Assembly (NCBI GenBank): GCA_021849125.1 | Contig: JAJZTG010000002.1 | Coordinates: 12,573-76,572, forward strand | DNA: 64,000 bases | Source: a bacterium | GTDB taxonomy: Bacteria; Patescibacteriota; Minisyncoccia; Phycocordibacterales; Phycocordibacteraceae | Direction of reading: 5' to 3' | In this document: positions 33,395 to 41,726 of the stretch, in pieces | How positions within the stretch are numbered: position 1 is the stretch's first letter | How the letters are laid out: each line of letters starts with the position of its first letter | Program-made: the position numbers and the translations under genes | The notes under the pieces: generated by a model | What the model was told of the DNA's origin: nothing | What the model saw: only the letters and a program-made list of their open reading frames with translations | The model's database searches: none

Positions 33395-34084
33395 TTATAC
33401 AGCGAGTGCGAAGCGCTCGAGAGCGAGCGAGAGATCGAGGCCGCCACGGCGGGATTCTTGGAGAAGCGCGATGAGGTCGAGGGATAGCTTGCGGGCTTCC
33501 TCCGGAGACCAGGCGCGCGCGCCCTTTTCCATGATGTCACGTGCTTTCCAGTGGAGGAGGCCATGGATCATCTCCGGCGCGTCGCCCGCGGCAAGCGCGC
33601 GTTCGATCTCAAGCCAGAGTTTCTCGCCTGAGCGAGCAGCAAGCGCGTTCACGAGCGCACTGTTGAAGCCGCGCGTCGCAGGCGCGCGAGAAAGGTTCTT
33701 GTCGTAGCTGTACTCGATCTTTGCCTTTGCGGCGAGCTTCTTCGCTTTTGCAGAGGCAAGCTTCGGTGCGAGGATTACGATCGCATTGTCTGAAGCGGCA
33801 AGCGCATCGAGATGTGCATCGAGCACGTTCGTCCCTTGCTCTTCTCCTTCCTCTTCATCCTCTGCCGCCTTCATCGCTTGGTATGGATCATCGATGAGCA
33901 CAAGCATGCGCTTCACGAAAAGCCCCCCTGAGAACGCGATCTCGTCGAGCGTCGCATCCGAGAGCTCTTCGCGCGAAAGGCGCACATACGCGAGGTTCTG
34001 TTCTTTCGCGCGTGCTTTCGCGATCCACTCAAACGCTTTCGCGCGAACTTTCTCTGTGTCGGTACCGTGAAAAAGGTAAATCAT
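33395..34084 (-). CDS. holA: DNA polymerase III delta subunit-like (HolA, short)
   Basis: MIYLFHGTDTEKVRAKAFEWI. The start codon overlaps the polA stop (ATGA). Confidence 0.55.
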   Translation of the reverse strand: MIYLFHGTDTEKVRAKAFEWIAKARAKEQNLAYVRLSREELSDATLDEIAFSGGLFVKRMLVLIDDPYQAMKAAEDEEEGEEQGTNVLDAHLDALAASDNAIVILAPKLASAKAKKLAAKAKIEYSYDKNLSRAPATRGFNSALVNALAARSGEKLWLEIERALAAGDAPEMIHGLLHWKARDIMEKGARAWSPEEARKLSLDLIALLQESRRGGLDLSLALERFALAV

Positions 34085-36450
34085 ACGGCTTCCATACTTC
34101 CCCAATCCGGCCCCGCTTTCACCGAGACGATGATCGGCACCTCGTGCGCTTCCTGGGGAGAGAGCACCGATTCCATGAGGTCTTGGATCTTCTCTGAAAG
34201 TTCTTCGAGCTTCTCCGTGCGCACTTCGTACACGAGTTCGTCGTGCACCTGGAGGATGAGATGCGCATCGTCTTCAGCTTTTTCCTTGCGGAGCATCTCG
34301 TCGATGCGCACCATCGCGAGCTTGATGATGTCTGCCTGTGTACCCTGAATGGGCGCGTTGATCGCCATGCGCTCTGCTTGCGCGCGTACGTACGGAAGCG
34401 AGGACTTCATCTCCGGAAACTGCCGACGGCGACCGAACAGGGTCTCGGTGTACCCGTGCGAACGTGCGAAACCCTTCGTCTCTTCGAGGTATTCAGAAAG
34501 CTTCTTGAACTGCCCGAAGTATTCATCATAAAACGCGTGCGTCTCGGCGGTCGTCGTTCCGAGCTGTTGTCGGAGCGCATTGATACCCATGCCGTAGAGG
34601 ATACCGAAGTTGATGACCTTCGCGCGACGACGCATCTCGGCATCCACGTCTTCAGGTGCCACATGAAAAACTTGAGCCGCGACCTCGCGATGCACGTCGC
34701 GGCCGCTCCCAAAGATCGCGCAGAGCTTAGGGTCGCCGGAAAGTATCGCGGCGATACGGAGCTCGATCTGCGAGTAGTCGAGCGCGAGGAGCGTGTAGCC
34801 ATCCCCCGCAACGAACGCGTGACGGATCGCGCGGCCGCGCTCCGAGCTGATCGGGATGTTCTGCAGGTTAGGATTCTGGCTTGCCATACGGCCGGTCGTG
34901 GTTCCTGTCTGCAGGAAATCAGCGTGCAATCTGTTTTCTTTGTCGAGCATCGGCGGGAGATTCTCGATATAGGTCGAGAGAAGCTTCTTCAGCTCACGGT
35001 ACGTGAGGATGTCGTCGACGATCGGGTGCTCGCCGCGGATCTTCTCGAGTTCGCTCTCCCGCGTCGAGCGTGCGCCGCCAGCCGTACGCTTCTGCCGCTC
35101 AGGAATGAGCTTGAGTTCGTCAAAGAGCACCTCCGCGAGCTGCTTGGGCGAACTTACGTTGAACTCGCGTCCCGCGCTCTGGTAGATCGCCTTCTCGATC
35201 TTCTCGAGCTGTGCGCGGTAATCCTTCGCGAGCTTGCTGAGCGTCTTGGTATCGATGCGTACGCCGCGAGCTTCCATCTTCCTGATGACCGGGATGAGTG
35301 GTTTTTCGATGTCCTCATACACCTCGTGCACCCGACCGAGCTCCTTCACTTGTTTGGTGAGTTCGGCATGCGCATCATCAAACGTGCGCGCTTTCGAGAA
35401 GGCCAAGATGTCATCGAGCGATGGGTTCGTGAACTCAGAAGAGACGAGCCAGAGCATCGACTGTGCTTCCGCGAAGCGCGTATCGTCGATCTCCTCTTCT
35501 TCAGGGAGTTCGACCTCCAGTTCCTGGGGCGCACCGAGAAGCGTCTTTACCCGCTCTTTGAGCGTACGGAAACCGAGCTCGTCGCAGAGCGCGAGAAGCT
35601 TCGCCGTCTCGACGCTCTCATGCCACTCTTGGGCCGGTAACGTAAAAGCGATCGGCGCATCCAGGCGAATGGTCGCGAGCGCTTTTGAGAAGCGCGCCAC
35701 CTCTTCGTGCTCTCGGAGCAGTCCGACGATGCGCGGCTTGATACCTTTTTTCGTAAGCGCGTCATCTCCCTTCTTTTCAAGAAGATCGTAGATGTCTTCC
35801 AGGGTGCCGAAGGTGGTAATGAGTTCGGTCGCGGTCTTCTCCCCGATACCGGGCACGCCCTTGATGTTGTCGGATGGGTCGCCGCGCAAACCCTTCCAGT
35901 CGGGAATGAGCGATGGGAGGAAGCCGAAGCGTGCGACGACCGCATTCTCGTCATAGAGGATCGTATCCTGGATACCCTTCTTGAGCGTGTAGACACGGAC
36001 ACGCTCATCGTCGACGAGCTGGAGGGTATCCATATCGCCGGATGCGATGATGACATCGACGTCATCTTCGCGGAGTTCGTGTGCGATCGTACCGAGAAGA
36101 TCATCGGCCTCATACCCCTCGCGCTCGTAGAGCGGGATCGAAAACGCCTTGAAGACTTTCCGCGACTCTTGGAGCTGCACGGCGAGCGCATCGTCTATCT
36201 TCTCGCGCGAGCCTTTGTACTCCTCGAAAGCTTCATGACGGATGGTCGGCTTCGGAAGGTCATAACACGCCGCAATGTAGTCGGGCTTCAGGTCCTGGAT
36301 GATCTTCAAGAGCATCGCGACGAGGCCGTACAAGGCGCCGGTCGGTGCACCGGACGGGCTCGTGAACTCAGGTAGCGCGTGATATGCGCGATGGATGATC
36401 GCGTGCGAATCGAGGAGCACGATGCGCTTCTTGAGAGACTTCTTAGCCAT
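34081..36450 (-). CDS. polA: DNA polymerase I (5'-3' exonuclease + polymerase domains)
   Basis: The N-terminal 5' nuclease starts VLLDSHAIIHRAYHA and the polymerase domain carries motifs A, B and C (DYSQIELR, KVINFGILYGM, QVHDELV). Confidence 0.9.
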   Translation of the reverse strand: MAKKSLKKRIVLLDSHAIIHRAYHALPEFTSPSGAPTGALYGLVAMLLKIIQDLKPDYIAACYDLPKPTIRHEAFEEYKGSREKIDDALAVQLQESRKVFKAFSIPLYEREGYEADDLLGTIAHELREDDVDVIIASGDMDTLQLVDDERVRVYTLKKGIQDTILYDENAVVARFGFLPSLIPDWKGLRGDPSDNIKGVPGIGEKTATELITTFGTLEDIYDLLEKKGDDALTKKGIKPRIVGLLREHEEVARFSKALATIRLDAPIAFTLPAQEWHESVETAKLLALCDELGFRTLKERVKTLLGAPQELEVELPEEEEIDDTRFAEAQSMLWLVSSEFTNPSLDDILAFSKARTFDDAHAELTKQVKELGRVHEVYEDIEKPLIPVIRKMEARGVRIDTKTLSKLAKDYRAQLEKIEKAIYQSAGREFNVSSPKQLAEVLFDELKLIPERQKRTAGGARSTRESELEKIRGEHPIVDDILTYRELKKLLSTYIENLPPMLDKENRLHADFLQTGTTTGRMASQNPNLQNIPISSERGRAIRHAFVAGDGYTLLALDYSQIELRIAAILSGDPKLCAIFGSGRDVHREVAAQVFHVAPEDVDAEMRRRAKVINFGILYGMGINALRQQLGTTTAETHAFYDEYFGQFKKLSEYLEETKGFARSHGYTETLFGRRRQFPEMKSSLPYVRAQAERMAINAPIQGTQADIIKLAMVRIDEMLRKEKAEDDAHLILQVHDELVYEVRTEKLEELSEKIQDLMESVLSPQEAHEVPIIVSVKAGPDWGSMEAV

Positions 36451-36880
36451 ATATCATGTGTCGCGAACCGTCATCTCTGACCGAGAGTGCAATCCTCACC
36501 GCGGGAGGCGGGAGCGTATCGGCAACCTTCTCCGGCCACTCAAGCAAGATAAGTGTCTGCAGATCACGCATGATCTCATCGAACCCCAGTGGTGCAAGCT
36601 CTTTCCCAGACTCAAGCCGGTAGGCGTCGATGTGGACCAGCCGTTTGAATGCCTGCCCTTCGGGGAGGCGGTAGATCTTTTCGAGCACGAAGGTCGGGCT
36701 CGTGACGGTGTCTTGCACGCCAAGCGCACTCGCAACCGCCTTCGTAAATGCGGTCTTCCCCGCTCCGAGTTCGCCTGAGAGCGTGACGAGGGTCGCCTTT
36801 CCCGTATCCGGTACGAGAGTACTCGTGAACCTGGTCGCTTCAGCTTCCAGGTCGGTAAGAGTGGTCAGGACTTTATCCAT
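36443..36880 (-). CDS. tsaE: tRNA threonylcarbamoyladenosine biosynthesis ATPase TsaE (YjeE)
   Basis: P-loop LSGELGAGKTAFTKAV...SPTFVL. GAGGG RBS. The start is the internal Met. Confidence 0.75.
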   Translation of the reverse strand: MDKVLTTLTDLEAEATRFTSTLVPDTGKATLVTLSGELGAGKTAFTKAVASALGVQDTVTSPTFVLEKIYRLPEGQAFKRLVHIDAYRLESGKELAPLGFDEIMRDLQTLILLEWPEKVADTLPPPAVRIALSVRDDGSRHMIYG

Positions 36881-36963
36881 TCCCTCTATTTTACCCCTGA
36901 ACATTGAAAAACACCCAGCGCAAGAAGCTCTGGGTGTTGGTGCTGATGTTGGTGCTGGTGCCA

Positions 36964-37224
36964 CTAGCGACGACAAGTATGGCAATGGTTTGGCTCACGA
37001 CCGGGTGACGTATAGGTCCAGACGAACCCTATCGAACGGTTCGGATAGAAGTAATACGGCACCACTTGAGGCGGAGGGTAGAGCAGATGACAGTCATATC
37101 CGTCTGCTGCACACACCTTGGGACCTCCTGCGGTCTCGACGACCCGTGTCGCCGGATAGTAGATCGGAGCATGTCCACAGCCAGCCAAAAACGCAAGGAA
37201 CAGGAGCGCGATGAGGGGTCTCAT
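36964..37224 (-). CDS. small lipoprotein
   Basis: GGGAGG RBS. Signal peptide MRPLIALLFLAFLAGC ending in a lipobox (LAGC). Confidence 0.5.
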   Translation of the reverse strand: MRPLIALLFLAFLAGCGHAPIYYPATRVVETAGGPKVCAADGYDCHLLYPPPQVVPYYFYPNRSIGFVWTYTSPGREPNHCHTCRR

Positions 37225-37330
37225 GTCTACCTCCCTAAGAAAAGTTGGACTACGTAAAGGATAGCACAATTAATAGCAATTTGTCAATACCCCTGCTTTT
37301 TGAGGCGAGGGTGGGCTATGATACCTAGAC

Positions 37331-39004
37331 ATGGATCTTCCATTTGACACGAAAGGGACCGACGTACACCTCGAAGAGATCCGCGAGCGCGAGGAAGAAG
37401 ACCTCGCTCGCATCTTGTCCGACAAATACGGCTTCCCGTACGCCGACCTCTCGTTGACCCAGGTCGATGCCGATGCGCTTCGCCTCATCCCGGAAGACAA
37501 AGCCACCGAGGCTGAGGCGGCAGCTTTCGCAAAGGTCGGCAAAACGCTCTCGCTCGCGGTACGCAACCCGAACAATCCCGCGCTTTCATCCCTCGTCGAG
37601 GATCTCACCGGACGAGGCTTTGAGGTGCAGCAACACTTCGTCTCCCAAAAAAGCCTCGAGCATGCCCTTGAACGCTACCGGGAGATCTCCCATACGACCG
37701 AATCAAAAGCGGGTAACGTTTCCGTGCTCGACGAGACGCTCGCCGACCTCGAGAAGGCCGGCATGACCCGAAGCGTTCTCTCGAAGCGCCTTGATGATGC
37801 GGCCATGGATCACTCGCTTACGCGCGTGTCGCACATCTTCGAGATACTCCTTGCCGGAGCTTTTGCCCTACGTGCATCCGACATCCACCTCGAGCCGCAA
37901 GAAGACAAAGCGGTACTGCGCCTGCGTATCGATGGTCTTCTGACCGAAATCTACTCTTTCGACCCCGCTACCTACCATCAGCTGAACGGCCGTATCAAGC
38001 TTCTCTCGGGCGCGAAGCTCAATATCACGAACCGCGCGCAGGATGGACGTTTCAGTATCACCCGCTCGACCAGCGAGATCGAGATGCGCGTTTCCTTCAT
38101 CCCTGGGAATTACGGCGAATCCATCGTGATGCGTATCCTCGACCCGGCAGCGACCAAGGTTTCGTACCGCGAGCTCGGCATCCATCCGAAACTCCTTGCG
38201 CGCCTGGAGACCGAGATCCAACGCCCCAACGGCATGCTCCTCACCACCGGTCCGACCGGTTCCGGTAAGACCACCACGCTCTACTCGTTCCTCCGCGAGA
38301 TCCAGAAACCAGAAATCAAGATCATCACGATCGAGGACCCGATCGAATACCACCTCGCAGGCATCGTGCAGACGCAGGTCGAGGGCGAGAAATACACGTT
38401 CGCCGAAGGGCTCCGCTCTATCGTGCGCCAGGACCCGGACATCATCATGGTCGGCGAGATCCGCGACGGCGAGACAGCCGAGATCGCCATCCAGGCAGCA
38501 CTCACCGGACACTTCGTCTTCTCTACCCTGCACACCAATGATGCTGCGGGTACCTTCCCGCGCCTCGCGGATCTCGGCGCTGACCCGAAGTCTTTCGGCT
38601 CCGCGATTACCGTCTCGATGGCGCAGCGCCTCCTCCGCCGCCTTCACCCGGAGCAGAAGAGAGAACGTCCGCTCACGCCAGAAGAGCGAGCTATGATCGA
38701 TCGCGTATTCGACACGCTTGCCGACAAATCGCTCATTCCGGAGAAGATCGAGACCGTCTGGGAGCCCGCCCCCGCGACGCCGGATGATACCGGCTACAGA
38801 GGTCGCATCGGCCTCTATGAAGCGATCTTCATGGATGACGCGCTCGCCGAATTCCTGCGCGATAACCCGCCTGATCATGAGATTGCCAAAGAAGCTGCGC
38901 GCCAAGGCTACCTCACGATGGCCCAGGACGGCATCTTGAAAGCTCTCCAAGGCGTCACGTCGCTTGATGAGGTCCTGAAGACGGTCAACCTTCCGCGAGG
39001 ATAG
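37331..39004 (+). CDS. pilB: type IV pilus assembly ATPase PilB/GspE family
   Basis: Walker A GPTGSGKTTT, an Asp box and His box, and a GspE N-terminal domain. Confidence 0.85.
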   Translation: MDLPFDTKGTDVHLEEIREREEEDLARILSDKYGFPYADLSLTQVDADALRLIPEDKATEAEAAAFAKVGKTLSLAVRNPNNPALSSLVEDLTGRGFEVQQHFVSQKSLEHALERYREISHTTESKAGNVSVLDETLADLEKAGMTRSVLSKRLDDAAMDHSLTRVSHIFEILLAGAFALRASDIHLEPQEDKAVLRLRIDGLLTEIYSFDPATYHQLNGRIKLLSGAKLNITNRAQDGRFSITRSTSEIEMRVSFIPGNYGESIVMRILDPAATKVSYRELGIHPKLLARLETEIQRPNGMLLTTGPTGSGKTTTLYSFLREIQKPEIKIITIEDPIEYHLAGIVQTQVEGEKYTFAEGLRSIVRQDPDIIMVGEIRDGETAEIAIQAALTGHFVFSTLHTNDAAGTFPRLADLGADPKSFGSAITVSMAQRLLRRLHPEQKRERPLTPEERAMIDRVFDTLADKSLIPEKIETVWEPAPATPDDTGYRGRIGLYEAIFMDDALAEFLRDNPPDHEIAKEAARQGYLTMAQDGILKALQGVTSLDEVLKTVNLPRG

Positions 39005-39035
39005 AAAAACACCCGCGCAAAGCGCGGGTGTTTTT
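39005..39035. terminator. bidirectional terminator aaaaacacccgcgcaaagcgcgggtgttttt
   Basis: Perfect stem with A and T tracts, directly after the pilB stop. Confidence 0.65.
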
Positions 39036-39241
39036 CTGAACGGAATCCCGTCCATAATCCTCAAGGCAAAACCCACAAAATCGTGGGGTGAACGAGACAC
39101 CTGAGGAGATTTCCAGCAGAACCGCTAAAAGCGGTAACCAGAAAGTCCTTGGGGAAACGCCCGAAGCCGTCAAGCCTTGCCTAGAGGAGTATGAACAGGA
39201 TCAAGAAAACTATGCTAGAATGCTAGCACTGGAGTATTTTT

Positions 39242-40222
39242 ATGTCAAGTCCCTCACACGACCAGCTCCCTTCCCCGCTCTCGCTCGATGCGGCGCTCCG
39301 CCCGACTCATTGGGACGAATATATAGGCCAGAAACAGATCAAAGCGAACGTGCGCGTGGCTATCGACGCCGCGAAAAAGCGCGGCGACATGCCGGAACAC
39401 ATCCTTTTCTACGGTCCGCCCGGCGTGGGCAAGACGACCCTAGCGCACTTGGTTGCGGTCACGCTCGAATCGCCCCTTAAGAGCACCTCAGGTGTCGCGA
39501 TCGAACGTGCCGGTGATCTTGCTGCGATCCTTACGAACCTCGAACCGCACACGGTCCTCTTCATCGACGAGATCCATCGCCTTTCGCACAAGATCGAGGA
39601 GCTTCTCTACCCCGCGCTTGAGTCAGGACATCTCGATATCGTGCTGGGGAAAGGTCCTTCGGCCCGCACGGTCGAGCTCGCGCTCCCGCCTTTCACGCTT
39701 GTCGGCGCGACGACGCGCATCGCCGAACTCTCAGCGCCGCTTCGCTCACGTTTCGGCGGCGGTACCTACCAGCTCGATTTTTACAACGATGAGGATGTGC
39801 GCGACATCCTGCGACATTCGTCTCGGCGACTCGAACTCGACGCGCCCATCGATGTCATCGAGAGCATCGCAGCACGCAGCCGTGCGACTCCGCGTATCGC
39901 GAACGCGCTCCTGAAGCGTGTACGTGATTTTGCAGAAGTGAAAGAACGCCCGCTCTCTGCAGAACTCTGCGATGAAGCATACGACCTCTTCGGTATCGAT
40001 ACGCTCGGCCTCACCAAGGACGACCGGCGGTACCTCACCACGCTTAAGGAAGGCTTTAAGGGCGGCCCTGCGGGCGTCCGTGCGCTGGCTTCGAGCCTTC
40101 ATGAAGATCCTGACACTATCGAGAGCGTCTACGAGCCCTACCTCCTCCGACTCGGCCTCATCGAACGCTCTCTCCGTGGCCGCATCCTTACCGAAAAAGG
40201 CCGTGCGTACTTGGACAATTGA
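39242..40222 (+). CDS. ruvB: Holliday junction DNA helicase RuvB
   Basis: LFYGPPGVGKTTLAHLVA...LFIDEIHRL. Confidence 0.9.
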   Translation: MSSPSHDQLPSPLSLDAALRPTHWDEYIGQKQIKANVRVAIDAAKKRGDMPEHILFYGPPGVGKTTLAHLVAVTLESPLKSTSGVAIERAGDLAAILTNLEPHTVLFIDEIHRLSHKIEELLYPALESGHLDIVLGKGPSARTVELALPPFTLVGATTRIAELSAPLRSRFGGGTYQLDFYNDEDVRDILRHSSRRLELDAPIDVIESIAARSRATPRIANALLKRVRDFAEVKERPLSAELCDEAYDLFGIDTLGLTKDDRRYLTTLKEGFKGGPAGVRALASSLHEDPDTIESVYEPYLLRLGLIERSLRGRILTEKGRAYLDN

Positions 40223-40254
40223 ATATCGTATTCCCTTTTTGATATAGTTCCCCT

Positions 40255-40818
40255 ATGTCAGGACACAGTAAATGGGCAACGACGAAACGCCGCAAGGAAG
40301 CGGTCGATGCGGTGCGTGGCAAGGTGTTCGCGCGCTACGCTCGCCTCATCATGCTCGAATCGAAGAAAGCAAGCGGGGATACCTCGGCACCGAACTTGGC
40401 AGCCGTCATCGCCCGTGCGAAAGCGGATAACGTACCGAAGGACAACATTGATCGCGCCGTCGCGAAGGGTGCCTCGAAAGAAGGCGCTTCGCTTGAAGAG
40501 ATTACGTATGAAGCGTACGGCCCCGCGGGCGTCGCGATCATCGCGACCGCGCTTACCGACAACAAGAACCGTACGACGCCTGAAATAAAGCATCTTCTCT
40601 CGAAACTAGGTTTCGAAGTGTCTGCTCCGGGAGCAGCCAGTTGGGCCTTCGCCAAGACTGGCATGCGCTACATCCCGAATGAACCTCTGGTCGATATCTC
40701 CGGTGACGATGAAGAGAAGCTCGTCGCGATCCTCGAAGCGCTCGATGATCATGAAGATGTGCAGGCTATCTTCACGAACGCACGCGGATACGAGAACACG
40801 GACGAGGATGAGTCATAG
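40255..40818 (+). CDS. yebC: YebC/PmpR family probable transcriptional regulator (short)
   Basis: MSGHSKWATTKRRKEAVDAVRGKVFAR. Confidence 0.8.
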   Translation: MSGHSKWATTKRRKEAVDAVRGKVFARYARLIMLESKKASGDTSAPNLAAVIARAKADNVPKDNIDRAVAKGASKEGASLEEITYEAYGPAGVAIIATALTDNKNRTTPEIKHLLSKLGFEVSAPGAASWAFAKTGMRYIPNEPLVDISGDDEEKLVAILEALDDHEDVQAIFTNARGYENTDEDES

Positions 40819-40902
40819 GGAGATGGAGAAGCTGGAAATGGCGACGAGACTCGGCCAAGCGGCCCGGAACACTGCCAGTTCCAGCTTCTCCCTCAAACCA
40901 TC

Positions 40903-41376
40903 ATGCGTGTCTTAGGCATCGACCCCGGATATGATCGGCTCGGTATCGCCGTGGTCGAAGGCGACCCTTCGCGCCCGGTTCTCGTTTGGAGCGATTGCAT
41001 CCTCCCCCATCCCGGTTCTCCGGAGAAACGGCTCGCTGAGGTAGCGCAAGCCGTTTCTTCCGCCATCAGCACCTATCACCCCGATGCTCTTGGCATTGAG
41101 ACGCTCTTTTTCAGTAAGAATGCCAAAACGGCTCTTGGGGTCGCTGAGGCACGCGGGGCGATCCTGGCATCCGCAGGATTAGCGTCTCTTCCTGTCATCG
41201 AGTGCTCCCCACAGCAGGTAAAACTCTCCGTGACCGGTTATGGGAACGCTGATAAGGCGGCGGTAGCAAACATGATCCCGCGTCTTCTCACTCTCCCTGA
41301 GAAGAAACGTCTGGATGACGAACTCGACGCGATCGCGGTCGGGATTGCCACCCTTGCCACCGGTTTACCGAAATAA
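40903..41376 (+). CDS. ruvC: crossover junction endodeoxyribonuclease RuvC
   Basis: MRVLGIDPGYDRLGIAVVE... Confidence 0.85.
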   Translation: MRVLGIDPGYDRLGIAVVEGDPSRPVLVWSDCILPHPGSPEKRLAEVAQAVSSAISTYHPDALGIETLFFSKNAKTALGVAEARGAILASAGLASLPVIECSPQQVKLSVTGYGNADKAAVANMIPRLLTLPEKKRLDDELDAIAVGIATLATGLPK

Positions 41377-41477
41377 TCCACACCTCAGATGAAACCTGCT
41401 TGCATTGAGCGTAGATTTTGCTCAAATATATCGGTCCCCGGCGAGGGGCCTGTAACAAGCAATTCGTATCTATACTT

Positions 41478-41663
41478 ATGACGGACGATTTCAATCCGGA
41501 ACTTGAAGAGGAGATGGGCGATGGCGTAGAAGAACCTACCGATGACGACCTCATGATGGGCGACGACGGCGATGGTGACGACTACGCTCATGATGGCGAC
41601 GACGGCGAGGAGGATCCTTTTTCTATGGGGTTCCATGAAGATGAGCCTGAGTCGGACTTCTAA
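41478..41663 (+). CDS. hyper-acidic small protein (61 aa, ~45% Asp/Glu)
   Basis: MTDDFNPELEEEMGDGVEEPTDDDLMMGDDGDGDDYAHDGDDGEEDPFSMGFHEDEPESDF. The start is chosen at the internal Met. Confidence 0.35.
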   Translation: MTDDFNPELEEEMGDGVEEPTDDDLMMGDDGDGDDYAHDGDDGEEDPFSMGFHEDEPESDF

Positions 41664-41726
41664 TCCATATACGGACCGACTAGCACGCGCGGCTGCATAT
41701 GCAGCCGCGCGTGCTAGCATATCCCC

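Noticed and set aside
34081-34084. Possibility that TGA is recoded (genetic code 25, as in some candidate-phyla bacteria)
   Set aside because: TGA clearly functions as a stop at well-conserved protein C-termini (for example polA ends ...SMEAV-TGA, overlapping the holA ATG as ATGA), so the standard code 11 applies.
39100-39180. RNase P RNA-like GAAAGUCC motif (cagaaagtccttgggg)
   Set aside because: The spacer is only ~200 nt, far too short for RNase P RNA, and the flanking P4 pairing elements are absent.
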